Under the pieces are notes generated by a model. It had not been told where the DNA came from and did no database searches. It worked only from the letters and a program-made list of their open reading frames with translations. From Cheilinus undulatus (taxonomy: Eukaryota): DNA of 64,000 nucleotides. How positions within the stretch are numbered: the first letter of the stretch is position 1; every line of letters begins with the position of its first letter. Positions 1-13,840 of the stretch are shown here, one piece after another. The translations under genes and the position numbers were made by a program. The stretch spans positions 26,584,546 through 26,648,545 of the forward strand of contig NC_054879.1 in the NCBI RefSeq assembly GCF_018320785.1. Direction: 5' to 3'.

Positions 1-1330
1 TTTTCCAGATCCTCCTGAGGTATTCTGAGGTATTGAAACAGGCAAAATCAATACTTGAATGATCCAACTTCTTAAAGTGCACCACCAAATAAAAGACTTT
101 CAAGAAAACTAAAGGGTCAGTTCTCAAAAATGCCCTTTCCATTTATTTTTATTCTGGTTATGGCAGTACAAAAGACACAATTAATGCATTTCGACAAGCA
201 GTCCTTCTCAGTGTTGTCTTCACCCAAATGCATTTCAACAAGCAGCCTTGTCAATGCCGAGGAAGACTGCTTGTTGAAACGTGTTTGTGTCTTTTGTACC
301 ACCTTACCCAGAATTGAAATAACTTGAAAGGCCATTTGTGAATGCAAACCCTACAGTTTTATTGGATTCTGAAGTGTTCCCAGGCCAGATAAGATATGCC
401 ATCTTTCTAGTAACTTCTGGGTCAGGTCTCCTTCAGTTTGGTGTGCCTGGGAGACCTCCACAGAGAGGCAACCTGATCAGATGCCAACACCACTTCAACT
501 GGCTTCTTTCAATCTGACGGAGCAGCAGTGCTACTCCAGTCTAAATCTGCATGTCCATGTTCACCCTATAAGGCTGAGTGCAGCCACTTTCCTGAGGAAA
601 CCCAGGAGTTACTCAAAGTACATCTTCTGCCCCTCAGTATCCTCAGTCCAAGCCCCGTCCCAGGGTGTAGAAGTCCTCCAGTAAAACAATGGAGGCTGTA
701 CCTGTTTCGAGACCACACCCAGTAACTGCAAGAAGACAGTGGACTCCAGATTGCAATTCCATCCATATGTACCAACAACAGTCAGAGCCTTATTCTCAGG
801 CTCACCTGAGGCCACAATAAAAGGCCACACTGTCCAGGACCAGGTTGCAGTCTCAGCAGGCTTAGCAAGTCAGCCAAGACATCCCTCTTCCCAGCAACAT
901 GTTCCAGCTCTTCCTGGTATTGCCAGACCAGGTTGGATATATAGTCCCTCCAGCAAGTCCTGGGTCATCTTGGAGGTCCTATCCTAGTTGCACATGATGG
1001 GGAGGTGACCAGGTGCCATCCTGGTGCTACCCCGTTTGCAAGGTTTGTGAGTATCAAAACACCCACCCTGTCATCCTGGGCTACTCTGGAAGAGAGGTGC
1101 ATCCAGCCCCTTTCCAGAGTTTATGTGTCTGGTGCAAAGCAGTTCATCTCCCACTTAAGCTCCAGCTTCTTCCCTGCCAGAGGGGAGAAAGAAAGCTGAT
1201 CTAAGAATTCTTCCACTGGCCACGACCACTATTGTCCTATTCTGCTGTTGTGCTTGTTTTTCTAAATCTATCCAGTCAATACTGATGTTTACATAGAGTC
1301 TACCATTTGACTGTTTATCTGCTATAAGAA
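1..1330 (-). mobile_element. Non-LTR retrotransposon 3' fragment. The same family recurs downstream of CTLD exon 1 in every lectin copy.
   Basis: The minus strand encodes a LINE ORF2 C-terminal tail (...WNMLLGRG...PDK-KMDGW-like). It is homologous to 10190-11600, 15770-16330, 26215-26530 and 41960-42300. Confidence 0.45.
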
Positions 1331-1354
1331 TTAATAGATCATCATCTTCAACAG

Positions 1355-2950
1355 GAATTCCTCACTAACAACCTCATGGATTGGACTTGGATTGGTCTGA
1401 GTGACAAAGAGAATGAAAGCACCTGGAAATGGACAGATGGCACCCTGCTGACTCAGGGGTAAGGCACACACTGATTTCATATTGTTGGCTGACCGCTGAG
1501 GTCAGCTGTGCAGATGCCTCTCTCTGTGTCTGAGTAAGTAACTGACTGACTAAGTGATGCTACTTTGAGAGCCCCAACATAACACAGTTGGGTTTGCTTG
1601 TACTGAATGTTGGCGGTAATGGCTGCCTCCACTGTGTTAACTAGAGCCATATATACAGAGTTGCGCTATGGGTGGGGTTTAGTTGGACTGAAAGCCCTCT
1701 AATGGCTTCCTACCTTAATACCTTAGATTTAGCTTTAGCCCCATTTTTACCAGAACTGGGACACATTTCTGTATGACAAAGAATAAAACAACCCTGTAAG
1801 ATTTTCATGTTGGGAAAGATGTTTTCACTCCTGTGCCGCCCCGCTTTGGCATGACTATGTGATAGTTATGGGGAAAGGGTCAGTTGTTGTATACAGCTAA
1901 TGAGTTGTTGTGTCCCAGCTAATAATTGCACTAGCAGGCCTGTCATTAGCTGGGACTGAGCCGCAGCTGGCTGTTGTCTGAACCAGACAACGTGTCTAAA
2001 TCCAAACAAGTGCAGAGAGCAACACTGAAAGCTTTCTGTGACTGAAAAAAATATTCTCTCAGTACTAGTCTGTTTCGGCATGGCTTTTCAATCATGGCAG
2101 TGGGCTTGTCCTGCATTGTCCATCGTTAGCTGTTAGTTTGGATGTCACAGTAGGACCGCTGTTCTTGTTCAAACCAGAGAAGAGAGCCACACCGACAGCT
2201 TGTCTTGTGCAAAGGAGAGGTTTTTGCCCATTCCTTTAGTGATGACTCCCCTTCGTGCACTAACAACACAGAATACAGAGAGCGTATTTTCCCCTCCATT
2301 TTCTAACTGCTGCTGAGTCGCTCTGTGTGTATGTCAGTGTTTAACCAATCAGATGCGGTAGAAGAAAAGCAGAAGGGGAGGAGGGATGACGCTGCTCAGG
2401 GCTTCATATACACAGAGGGAGATAGACAGAGAGAGAGGACAACATGTAGCTTTTTACATTTCAGTAACCTCTACAACTACTAACAATCATGACAAAATCA
2501 CTCTGCCAGAACACATTTCAGTCAGGCATTTCAACAGACATCACAGACAGTTGCAGTCAGCCATATACTAAGTTTTAACCTAGTCTTGTTGTTTAAAGTC
2601 TTAGCTTGAACACAGGCACTTACACAGCTCTTGGACTATATATGTGACCAGTAGATTTTCTTTAATCAAGGGATGTAACTCGGTCCCAAATCAAACCAAA
2701 TAGTTAAATTCAGTCAAAGGAACCTTTTTTTTTTCTTTATACACAACGTTACTCTTTTATTGTGAAATCCTGCTAAAGTCACCTTTTAATCTCTTACAGA
2801 TACTGGTTGAGAGGGCAGCCTGATAATGGAGGAGGACATGCAGTATATGGTGAAGAAGACTGTGCTCACTTCAGAAACAATGGTAAAAAAGAGGCGAATT
2901 GGAATGATGTGAAATGTGATTCAACTATGCTGTGGATTTGTGAAAAATAG
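1355..2950 (+). CDS. C-type lectin receptor paralogue, copy 1 (3' part only: CTLD exons 2 and 3; the 5' exons lie upstream of the window)
   Basis: Exon 1355-1458 (acag|GAATTC ... CAGGG|gtaagg; EFLTNNLMDWTWIGLSDKENESTWKWTDGTLLTQG). Exon 2800-2950 (YWLRGQPDNGGGHAVYGEEDCAHFRNNGKKEANWNDVKCDSTMLWICEK, TAG 2948-2950). The QPD, WND and WICEK motifs mark a long-form CTLD. AATAAA at 2973-2978 and 3073-3078. Confidence 0.7.
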
Positions 2951-3072
2951 TTGAGAATTTATGGAGTGTTGAAATAAAACATAACTGATGTTATTTGCAT
3001 CATGAGTTGCTCAAAAAAATGATTTATTCTGGTATTAAGATTATCTGTTGTTCTGTAAAAAATAATAATAAT

Positions 3073-3078
3073 AATAAA
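3073..3078 (+). terminator. polyA signal AATAAA within the conserved 3' UTR element gtactaataaagacc (copy 1). Homologous signals at 28036-28041 (copy 3) and 43848-43853 (copy 4).
   Basis: AATAAA about 110-125 bp downstream of the stop codon in three paralogues, inside a conserved 15-mer. Confidence 0.55.
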
Positions 3079-3351
3079 GACCACTTGTAGACATTTGTCT
3101 CTATCATCATGTCTCTAACTACAGTGGACAGCAAAAGTGGGATTGTTGTGTAGCAGCTGGCTTAAATGACAAACAAAGCATGGAAACAACATGAAAGACT
3201 TAAATCAGGGAGGGGAACTCTCTTTACCAAGAGGGCTGTATTAATGTTATTGCTAATGCCAAAGGGCCAAATTGTTCCAGATATTTGGATATTCTCAATT
3301 TTGACCCTGTGATTACTAATAATTCAATGGATGGAACAATAGGTTGCTTTC

Positions 3352-3403
<52 letters not shown>
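3352..3403. repeat. (AAT)n microsatellite
   Basis: About 17 perfect AAT units. Confidence 0.95.
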
Positions 3404-4144
3404 GTGCTTTGACAATAAGCAGAAACACAAATAAAACAAAGCATCATAACACAAGCAAAGACCATAACAACTACTCAAAACCTCATCAACATGAGATCCC
3501 ATGAAAATAAAGCCAGCAATGTAACTCCAACATTATCATCATCCTAGTAGACCCATGATAGAGCCTGAAAACATGTCAAGTTAGAAGTACATTATGAAAC
3601 CTTGATATATAAAATTCCAGAATAAAATGAAGGACCAAGAATTAAAAAAAAACCCTAAAACCCAGAATAACCTAGACAAATCCAGGCAACACAGGAACCT
3701 AGCTACATAAAAAGAGACCTAAGGACCAGAAATGTATTAAAATAATAGGAAGAGACGGAAAGGAATATGAATCAAAGCAGTAAGAAGTAGAATAAAAGCA
3801 ATTAAAATGTGTAGAGATAGATGAGTCATAATACAAAAATTAGAAAGCTGGTAGTGGTAAAATTCTAGTCATGATAAAATCAAAATAACAATATTAATCA
3901 GCTATAAGGACACAGCAGCATAAATAGGTAAAAAACAGTAAAAGTGGAGGGAGGGTTAAAAGCTCTGAAAATAACTGGGAGAAGAGAAGAGATACAGTTG
4001 CAATGAGAAACAAGCAAGGTAAAAATACAAAGCAGAGAGGAGCAGACATAAAAGCTTTAAGGTAAAATTTCAGGATGCAGAGGAAAATTTAAAAGATAAA
4101 ACTGATAGAGAAAGGGAAGATGGGATAAAAGATTTTAGACGACA

Positions 4145-4804
4145 TTACATAAAAGCAAGTGTATAAAAATGACTTTCATGAAGTGATTTAAAAGATATCA
4201 CTGATTCTGTATGCCTTATCTCCTCTGGCAGGTCGTTCCAAAGTCGAGGCGCCCTGACAGAGAAAGCCCTGTCACCTTTAGTCCTAAGCCTCGACCTTGG
4301 AACGACCAGGAGGCCCCCGGCCGAGGATCTAAGACTGCGGCTTGGCTCATAAGGGTTGAAAAGTTCAGCTAAATAGCTTGGAGCCAGGTCCTTCAGTGCT
4401 TTAAAAGTAAAGAGGAAAATTTTTGAACCAATTCTAAAACTTACAGGGAGCCAGTGTAAGGATGCTAAAATAGGGGTGATGTGATGCCATCTATTAAAAC
4501 CAGTTAGAAGCCTAGCTGCTGCATTCTGGACCAGCTGTAGGTCAGAGAGGGATCTTTGACTGATGCCGCGGGGAGGAGAGTTACAATAATCGAGTCTGGA
4601 GAAGATGAGTACACGGATGACTTTTGTAAGGTCTGCTTGGTTGGGTACAGTTTTTATTGTCGCGATGGTTTGGGTATGGGAAAAGCTTGACTGGACAACT
4701 TTACTGATATGGGATGTGAAGGTAGGATCTGAATCAAATATTACTCCAGGATTTCTGGCTGTGGGTCTGATATTTTCTGAAAGAGTACCAAGACAAGAAA
4801 GCAT
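4145..4804 (-). mobile_element. LINE (L2/CR1-like) ORF2 C-terminal fragment
   Basis: ORF with LHWLPVSFRIGSKIFLFTFKALKDLAPSYLAELFNPYEPSRSLRSS...VPRSRLRTKGDRAFSVRAPRLWNDLPEEIR. This is the stereotyped C-terminal tail of a fish LINE ORF2. Confidence 0.55.
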
Positions 4805-5420
4805 GAGGTTGAAGGAGTTTGAATGTTAAAAAGTATTATTTCTGATTTAGAGTTAATGAGCTAAAGACATGATAATTCCTTGTACTAACATTCATGTTTT
4901 TGAACTCAAATGCAAATACAGATAGTTAATTTATGAGAAACACAGAATTAAATAAATTTTCAGCAGTTTTTTAATGCAGTGAACAGGATGGTTATTATTT
5001 TACTTGCATATTTATCGTTTTACAAGTGCATTTAGTGATGAAAGATTACAGAAGAAGTTCCAGCTAATAAAATCCAAAAAAAAGAGAAGTTAATCAAAGT
5101 AAAAAAAAAAAAAAAATAGAAATAATTTTTTTTTAATAAAATCAGAAATACAAATAAAAGATGAAATAGGAATAAAAATTAAAATGAGATAAATTAGGAG
5201 GTTAAATTCATTTCCATTTTTTAAACACAAAAAAATACATTAGAATAATTATAATAAATACAAAAAAAACATAAAAAGGGTTTTGTTTTGTTTTGTACTC
5301 ATTTTTTAAACTATGATGATGCCTCTGAAAAGAATGGTTTGGTATCTTTCCCTGCAGCCTTCTGTGATTTCCTGTCCTAATTCCCTTATCAGGAAACTAT
5401 TTTTTTCACTTCTGAAACGT

Positions 5421-5431
5421 GTCATTTCCTC
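5421..5431 (+). promoter_or_regulatory. Conserved promoter motif (gtcaTTTCCtc variant) 104 bp upstream of the copy 2 ATG
   Basis: This is a variant of the gacttgtcaCTTCCtc motif shared by all lectin copies. The GGAA core lies on the opposite strand. Confidence 0.4.
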
Positions 5432-5534
5432 ATACATCAAATAAAAAACTTGACCTTAAAACCCAAAGGACTTTTACAGCATTCAAACGCAGTGGACAAT
5501 CCAGAGTGAAGCTTATAGGAAACAGAAGGCATCA

Positions 5535-8500
5535 ATGGAAGAAATGGATGAAATCTACGCCAACATTGATTATGAGAAACCTGACAATGAAAAGACACAG
5601 ACCATCCAGACAAGTAAGAGTCCTCACTATGTCTGAGCTTTGAAGTATATGTATCATCATGCAGCATTGTCTTATATGGTTCTGGCTGTGTTCAGGTCCT
5701 GGAAGCTCATATCAGAGATTTTACAGACCTGTTGTTCTTCTTCTTGGACTGCTAAATTTTCTCCTGCTGGCTGGGATTGTTGGCCTCTGTGTCTGTGAGT
5801 CAGTTTTATTTATCCTAAACCATATTTTTACTTTTGCAGGATGTGTCATGATGTGCACTGCACAAGGATATTTGCTGAGGAAAGATGATCCAGTGTAAAA
5901 ATTGAGACACTGTAGTAGTATTTTCATCTGTATCTGTTTACTTAAGACTGATTCAATTCAGTGATATTTGTTTCATTGCAAGATTTTGCAATACAAGACA
6001 CAATAATGAAGCAGAGAAGATGTTTCATGGTTCATTTATTCTGTGAATAAGGTCAAGAAAGCACTGGGTCCATTCCCTCTTAACAGAGCCATTTACTTTC
6101 TTTGCACAAGCTCATGTGATACCAAAATATGTCATATTCTACAAAACCAGAAGCTGGAGAGAGAGGGAACACATCTGATCATTTCAAAAATGTTTTAATC
6201 CATCAGGTTTTATGATTGAAATCCACAGAATGGGCACAAACACTGTGTTTAAAGCAAGGTTTCAAGGTCGGAGAGAGTGAAAGAGAGCATATGATACAGG
6301 AGTGACCACAGTATCTGAGACCAAGACATGCCTGACACCAGAGTGCAACGAGACTAACCAAGACATTTGGGGGTAGAGACCAAGACAAGCTGAGCCTGAG
6401 ACAAGATCAAGACCATTAAAAAACATTTTAAAAATCATCAAAAGGTTGAACAGTTAAAGAACACTCTCTCTTTTATTTTAGTTTGCTTTGAAAATTATTT
6501 GGCAGCAACAAAACAAGATATCTGCAAAAACAATGCAAAAATCTAGAATCTAAGCAAATTTCTTCAAGGCTCTGAAATGCTCTGCTAGTTTTACACCAGA
6601 TTTTTAGTTTTACACCAGTATAATTGTTGTCTTGTCAGTCCACAGAATATGGACTCCATAGTTTTATGAACTCTCCCATTGATGCTATTTTTTCCCAGGC
6701 TCTTTCTTATTGTTGAATCCTGAACTCTGACATTAACTGAGTCAAGTGAGGCCTGCAGGTCTTTAGATGTTGTTCTGGGTTCTTTTGGGAACCCCTGGAT
6801 GAATCGTCAATGTGGTCTTGGAGTCATTTTGGCAGGCTGGCCACTCCTGAGAAGGAGCCGAAAAATAAATAAATCTGTAGTAGTATTAAAAAGCCACTGA
6901 TAAGTCCAGAATTGTTTTAAATATGTGAATTTTAGATGTTTATCTAGATTTGCCAGTTGAATGAGGCCTATAATAAGAGTTTTTGGTGTCTGAAACATTA
7001 CATCATATGCCCAGCCTGAACAAAATTCAGTAATGTTCCATATCATTTCATGGGAAATAAAGATTTAAAGAAGAGCTTGGTTGCATCTAAGAAAGATGAG
7101 ACTCAAGAATTTTATGACGTAAACGTGCACAGTGGGATATCAATATTATGGCCCCTCTACTAAAACCCTCTCAGGGGCACAGATGGTTCAAATCTGGCCC
7201 TTTCCCATATGTCTCTCCCCGCTCTCTTGTCCCTGTCTCCAACTCCATTGTCCTCCTCTAGCAATAAAGAAACAAAAAAAGCCCAAAAATAAATCTTTTA
7301 AAAAAACCTCTCAGCTGGTGCAGAGGAGGAAGGAACTGAAAGCACTTTCTGTGCCAAGTTGTGGAGTGTTGGGTTGGTGGTCTTGACCAATCTTGATGGA
7401 AAATACCAAGTCCAAGACTGTTATCGAGTACTACAACACTTCAACAAACCATTTATTTTATGTAAACTGGAAAGTAAGTAAACTTTTTTTAAGTAATTGT
7501 TTTGTTTTTTAGTTTACCTCATTTTTTATTTGTGATGATGCCTCTGAAAAGAAAGGCTTGGTATCTTTTCCTGCAGTTTCCTGTGATTTCCTGTACTAAA
7601 TGCCTAATCATCCACATTGGACAGAGCGCTTCATATATTTACTTTTTTTGGACAAGATCATGCAACACAACACTGTGTCATAGTGTAGAAACCAGATGGC
7701 GAGAGAGGGACCACATCTGATCAATTCAGACCTAAGCGGTTGTGATTATAAATTTTGGCCTTAATCTGTAATATTCAAATGATTGTAATCCACCGAAAAA
7801 GCCAAACACTGTGTTAAGAGTGAGTTTTCATGGTTGGAGAGAGAGAAAGAGAACTGCAGCCACTGCTCTGAATGGTCAAACAATCCTCTGAGAATTTGTG
7901 CACTGAAATGACTAAACTAAGCATGTACAATATTGTTTTTCAGTTTTTTGCCAATATCCAAACTCATGTTAGCCAATAGGGATAAATATTTTTTCTATTG
8001 TTATATTCTATGTTGAAACAATACAATAAAAGCCTTTCTTCCTCATTTTACCCTAGCCAAGAGAAATTTAGAGATACTCAGACTTAAACTTAACTTTGAA
8101 TGCAGACTGTTTTTAATTGTTAAATAAACATTTCTCTTCAAATATTTCAGACCAAGCCTCAGTTCATCGTTCATCTGCAGAGCTCTCTGCCACCAAAGCC
8201 AATCTAACTGAGCATCTCCAGGCCAAAGATAACCAGCTGTCCTCACTGACTGAACAGAGGGATCTTCTCAATGTCAGCCTCACTGACATGAGTAAAAAGC
8301 TGGAGAGACTTCAGAGTTTGTCCAAGCAGAGTGAGTTTTCTGCAGGATGGTTTCTGCTCACAGCGGTCTGTGATCAAACCACAGCGTCATTTATGTGTCT
8401 TTTTATGATAAAAGTGAACGACCAATTACCATGAAAATGGTGGTCACTGACTCCAAGTGACATTCGTCATCATGTCAGACTCTTTTACTTCCTTTAAAGG

Positions 8501-11500
8501 AGACATAATCAAAAACATACTTTTCCACAAATATTTGGCTATCTGGAGAAACTACAAACCCACAAAATAAGAAAAAGGCAACCCAGTCCTTTGTTTATGA
8601 TCTTCCTATGTCTGAAAATATGAAATCTGAGGGCCTGGTCAGAGGCTGCACTTGTGTGGAACAACAGAGCTGTACTTGTGTCAGTACACCCTATAGAAGA
8701 GAAGGGTAGGGTGAGATAAAGCTCATTTAAAGAGACACGCATCAAATTGACCCTTTTTTTAGAAAGGCTATCTAAGGATGGTTTAAAAAAGTTGAAAAAA
8801 CTCCATTTGTGCTGATACATATTGTTTTTTACCAAAAACAGCACAGGTGATTTATTTAGACCTAAGGAGGCTGTGGAAAATGGGTATGATACACTATATG
8901 GGCTAAAGTAGGCTGCTGAATGTCAACAGGAACTGTAATGACTGTATTCAAATACATGTAGCCTACTTTAAAATGGAGCTGGCCCCCTTTTACAGCCATA
9001 ACAGCACCCTCTCTTCTTGGAAAGCTTTCCACAAGATTCTGGGGTGTTTCTTTGGGAATTTGAGCCCATTCATTGTGTAGAGTTTTCATAAGTTCAGGTA
9101 CTGATGTTGGTTGAGAAGGACCAGCTAACAATCTTCATTCCTGTTCATGTCAAAGGTGCTTGATGGGGTTGATGTCATGGCTTTGTGAAGGCAAGTCAAC
9201 TTCTTCCACACTCTTTATAGTCCTTGATTTGTGCACTGGGGTATACTCATGTTGGAATAGAAAAGAGCCTTCCCCAAACTGTTGCCACAAAGTTGGAAGC
9301 ATTGTCTAAAATGTCTTGGTATGCTGAAGCATTAAGATTGGTCTTCACTGGAGATAAAGGGCCTAGCCAAAACCCTGATAACCCTGATAAACACCCCCAT
9401 ACCATTGTCTTTCCTCCACTACAACATCATAGTTGAAACAATGCAGTCAGGCAGGTGATGTTCTGAGAGTGTCAGTCAAACCCAGATTCACACATCTGAC
9501 TGCCAAACAGAGGGGTTTGGGATTTTTCACTCAACAGAACACATTTCTGCTCCACAGTCCAGTGTCGATGTGCTTCACACCACTCAACCTGACGCTTGGC
9601 ATTGGACTTGGTGATGTGAGACTTGCTTGAAGCTGTTTGGCCATGAGTACCTGTTCCACGATGCTCCCGCCACAATGTTTTGGGCTTACATTAATGCCAG
9701 TGGACATTTCAATCTCTGTTTCTCTTTATTGAATCAGCAGAGTGCTGACAACTTTTAAGCACCATGAAAAATGAACCAATGAAACATGCTGGTTTTCATT
9801 ACAAATTCCTCACTTAAAATAAGGTTGCAGGGGTTTTCCATAGAAAAGACAGCAACATATGTATTTTATTTGTTGCTGTTTTAGGTCTTTTCTGCTCTCT
9901 GATGTTTGTTTATTATGTTTCACAGAGAAAACTTGTCCTGCAAGATGGAGGATGTTCCATTGTTCCTGTTATTTCTTCTCAGCACGAAAAACCTCTTGGG
10001 ACAGCAGCAGGCAAGACTGCAGGAACAGAGACGCAGATCTTGTGGTCATCGACAGTTCTGAGGAACAGGTAATGTGTTCTTTGCAGAGTTTTACCCATCC
10101 TAATTATAGTTTATATATCAATCTATCCACCTTTTTACGTCTGCTTATCATTGGTCGGATCATAGTGACTAATGACTAAGCAGGTCAACCCCACACATCC
10201 CTCTCCGAAGCAATGTTTTCCATATCCTACTCGACCCAGGGGTTCCTGTAAGTGCTTCTTCCATCAACAATATCCACAGTCCAAGCCCTGTCTTTCCTCA
10301 TCTTCCTAAGGCCTACTGAAAGACTTCCCCCATGCCTCTCCGAGATCCTTCTACAACCGGAATTTTGCTTCCACAATCATTGAGGCTGCAGCCCTCTAAA
10401 CCACTCTGTACCTGACACATTCTTTCACAGAAGCCTGGCCTATCCAAGTCTAAAAGCCCTCTTTTTTCAGCCTGATTGCAGATATCCACCAGTGGGTTCT
10501 TAAGTTGTCGACACAACAGTCACTGATAGTCTTCTTGCTACAACTCCTAGCAGTAACTTCCAAAAAGGGGGAGACTCTGAATATAGACCACTCAGACTCA
10601 ATATCCTCAACCAGGATGCACAAGACATTCTTCCAGAGGTGGGCGTTGAAGACCTCACATGCAAAACGCTCTGCCAGGAGTTCCCAGTTCACCCTCACTA
10701 CCCATTTAGTTAGTCTTCTGCTGTTGGGTACACTTATGACAGCTCTATGCTGGAACATAGTTGGTTTGTAAAAGCCAATCCATGACCAGCATAGAAGTCC
10801 AGTAACAAAGCACCACTTGGGATCAAATCAGACATGTCGTTTCTCTCAATCACACTCCACCAAGTGGTCTATGTCATTACTCATATGGGTGTTTAAGTCC
10901 TGCAGTAGAACAATGGAGGCTGTGCCTGTTTTGAGACCTCACCCACCAATTTCAAGGAGGCCACATACATAATTGTAATAACAACAACAGTCAGAGCGTT
11001 CCTCTCCACGACCCGAGGCCACAAAATGGCGATCCATCTATCCATCCATTTTCTCCGGCTTATCTGGGCCAGGTCACAGTGGCATCAGGCTAAGCAAGTC
11101 AGCCTAGACTTCCCTCTCCCCAGCAACATTTTCCAGCTCTTCCTGGGGGATTCAGAGGTATTGCCTGACTAGGTCAGTTATATCATCCCTCCAGTGAACC
11201 CTGGGTCTACCTTGAAGTCTCCTCTCAGTTAGACATGCTGGGATGACCTCCATGGGAAGGCAACCAGGAGCGCTCCTAATGCAACTGTGAGTGTCCCCAC
11301 ACCCATCCGGGGCCTTATCCTGGGAGAATCTGGAATAGAGGAGCATCCAGCCCTTTTCAGGAGTCCCACAGCCTGTTACATGTCTGGAGGAAAGACCAGC
11401 TATATTTAACTGTTAATGATTCAACTCCCACTCCAGCTCTGGCTTTTCCCCACCAGAGGGGAAATAAAGTTAACCTAAGAATTCTTCTATTCTGCTGTTG

Positions 11501-12214
11501 TGCTTGTTTTTATACACCTTTATTCAGTCAATACTGATGCTTACCTAGACTCTACCATTTGACTTTCTATCTGCTTTAAGTATTTATGTATCATTTGATT
11601 TAAAGAGCGGTTTTGTTGTTGTACATCATAGATTTATTCCACCAAATTACCTGAGCTTTACAGTTATTATAAATGCAGGCTCTCTACCTTCAACAGGAAT
11701 TTCTCACTAACACCCTCAAGGGTTGGGCTTGGATTGGTTTGACTGACAGAGACACTGAAGACACCTGGAAATGGACCGATGGCACTCAGCTGACTCTGAA
11801 GTAAGGCATACAGTGATGTGTTTTGTTGTTGTTTTATGTCTTGAATTCAGGCACATACATAATGATTCCTGTGGCACAGTCATGATTTTTTTTTGTTTTA
11901 TCAAGGCCTTTAACTCAACCCTAAATCAAAGGAAATGTTCAATTTTAAGACCAGCTTGCACACAATACAAAACCTGGTTGGTAAACTGCAGTCAAAGGAG
12001 GCAGTTACTCTTTTAAGGAAAGTGATCATTCCTGTGAAATTCACACTTGTTAACCTCTTTCAGATACTGGGGGCGTGGGCAGCCTGATTCTAATGGAAGA
12101 AATCCCCAATGGGGTGAAGAGGACTGTGTTCATATCATGAACGATCGTGCAAAGGAGGCAAATTGGAATGATATGCGATGTGATCGGTCCATGCTGTGGA
12201 TTTGTGAGAAATAG
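5535..12214 (+). CDS. Type II TM C-type lectin receptor (ASGR/MGL/CD209-like, QPD type), copy 2, apparently intact. Six exons, 251 aa.
   Basis: Exons: 5535-5613 (MEEMDEIYANIDYEKPDNEKTQTIQT), 5696-5794 (TM, PGSSYQRFYRPVVLLLGLLNFLLLAGIVGLCV), 8151-8330 (neck, ASVHRSSAELSATKANLTEHLQAKDNQLSSLTEQRDLLNVSLTDMSKKLERLQSLSKQ), 9926-10068 (KTCPARWRMFHCSCYFFS...DADLVVIDSSEEQ), 11697-11800 (EFLTNTLKGWAWIGLTDRDTEDTWKWTDGTQLTL), 12064-12214 (YWGRGQPDSNGRNPQWGEEDCVHIMNDRAKEANWNDMRCDRSMLWICEK, TAG 12212-12214). GT/AG at every junction. Phases are 1,1,1,0,2. Total CDS length is 756 nt, divisible by 3. Confidence 0.75.
6590..7046 (-). mobile_element. Tc1-like DNA transposon fragment (transposase N-terminal region); near-identical copy at 13370-13840
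   Basis: Minus-strand translation ...SGQPAKMTPRPH...NPEQHLKTCRPHL... matches the Tc1 R-P-x-K-M-T-P-R ... K-N-P-R ... K-D-L-Q pattern. A second copy more than 95% identical lies at 13370-13840. Confidence 0.5.
8850..9760 (-). mobile_element. Tc1-like transposase relic
   Basis: Minus-strand ORFs carry NLVESFPRREGAVMAVKGG and AKRQVEWCEAHRHWTVEQ. These are Tc1 family motifs (LVESMPRR..KAKGG; WAK.H..WT.EQW). Confidence 0.6.
10190..11600 (-). mobile_element. Non-LTR retrotransposon 3' fragment in the CTLD1-CTLD2 intron of copy 2
   Basis: The minus strand reads ...PDKPEKMDGWIDG and upstream ...NMLLGRG, a LINE ORF2 tail. Same family as 1-1330. Confidence 0.45.
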
Positions 12215-13369
12215 TTGAGTGTTTATTAAGCATTGAAAATAATCTAAATGTATCCCTTTTTTTCATTTTGATTTTTAAGGCCAACTTTTAAGTTTCTGAC
12301 CTGATTCTTTTGGTCAATGTGTGAATTATTTCAATATTTGTAGTTTTATAGTCCACACCACCAGGAAGCACCTCACATTTTTTATTTACCCACTTCTATA
12401 AAGTCATAATGTAATTGTGTGTCCTCTTCTTGTGTTTTGTCATTAATTTTCCATCAGAGACATTTTTACAAAGTGATATTCATTGTAAATCATGGACTGT
12501 AAACAGAATTTATGCAGCAGAAGCTTTATATTTATGTGCATATATCAAATTGTATGGCAGAGTTGCTTTAGCTTTGTTTTTATTCATAAAAGAGCAAAAT
12601 TAGCAAATATAACATAATTCAAAATTAAATTACTCTCTGTGGTGCATAGCCTTGCATTGAAGAAGTGTCAATATTTTATTTTGATATAATGTTGATTTTC
12701 ATTCAAAAACTGTTCAGAAAAATGTTTAACAGACAAAGAGTGATGACAATAATGTCTCTTCCACACCTGCCTGCTGCACACTGAAGAAGGGAGAGAGGGA
12801 GCTGCAGACTTAGGATCTCTTTGAGTAGTATGCATTTAAATAAATGGATGAAAATCAATAGTTATGCTGTCTAAATCTTTTTTTTTTAATAAGACCCTAA
12901 CCCAAGACCTGGACCTTGCAGACATACCACCTCCCTTTGTAAGGAAAAGATCCCAGTTTTAAAAAATTTCAGTTATGATTTCATTATCAATCAGGTTAAG
13001 CCTTGTGTGAAGAGGTGGAGCAGCCTGTGAATAACTTGTTAAAAACAATAAAACGATGGATTAAAATCAACTGTAAAAATGTGATATAAATGTCAAAGTT
13101 AGGAGTTTTTAAGGTGAAATTATGAGATAAAGTTGGATTCATGAGTTTAAAGGGGAAAATATGACTTAAAAGTCAAATTCATAAGTTCAAAAGGTAAAAA
13201 TATGAGACAAACGTCAAAATCATTTTGCTTGTTTACAAAATCATGGTTCCATCAATTAAGACAAGTGGTCCAGGTCCTGAAACAGCAAAGCAGCACCAAA
13301 ACTCCACACTACCACCTTCATGTTTGACTGTTGGTATGATGTTCTTTGGATGAAATGCTCTGCTAGTTT

Positions 13370-13840
13370 TACACCAGATTTTTAGTTTTACACCAGTATA
13401 ATTGTTGTCTTGTCAGTCCACAGAATATGGACTCCATAGTTTTATGAACTCTCCCATTGATGCTATTTTTTCCCAGGCTCTTTCTTATTGTTGAATCCTG
13501 AACTCTGACATTAACTGAGTCAAGTGAGGCCTGCAGGTCTTTAGATGTTGTTCTGGGTTCTTTTGGGAACCCCTGGATGAATCGTCAATGTGGTCTTGGA
13601 GTCATTTTGGCAGGCTGGCCACTCCTGAGAAGGAGCCGAAAAATAAATAAATCTGTAGTAGTATTAAAAAGCCACTGATAAGTCCAGAATTGTTTTAAAT
13701 ATGTGAATGTTAGATGTTTATCTAGATTTGCCAGTTGAATGAGGCCTATAATGAGAGATTTTTGTGTCTGAAACATTAGGCACTTGATTGTGAGTTTTCT
13801 GCTGTGTGGTTTCTGCACCCAGCTGTCTGTGATCAAACCA
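13370..13840 (-). mobile_element. Tc1-like fragment, duplicate of 6590-7046
   Basis: Sequence is nearly identical to 6590-7046. Confidence 0.5.
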
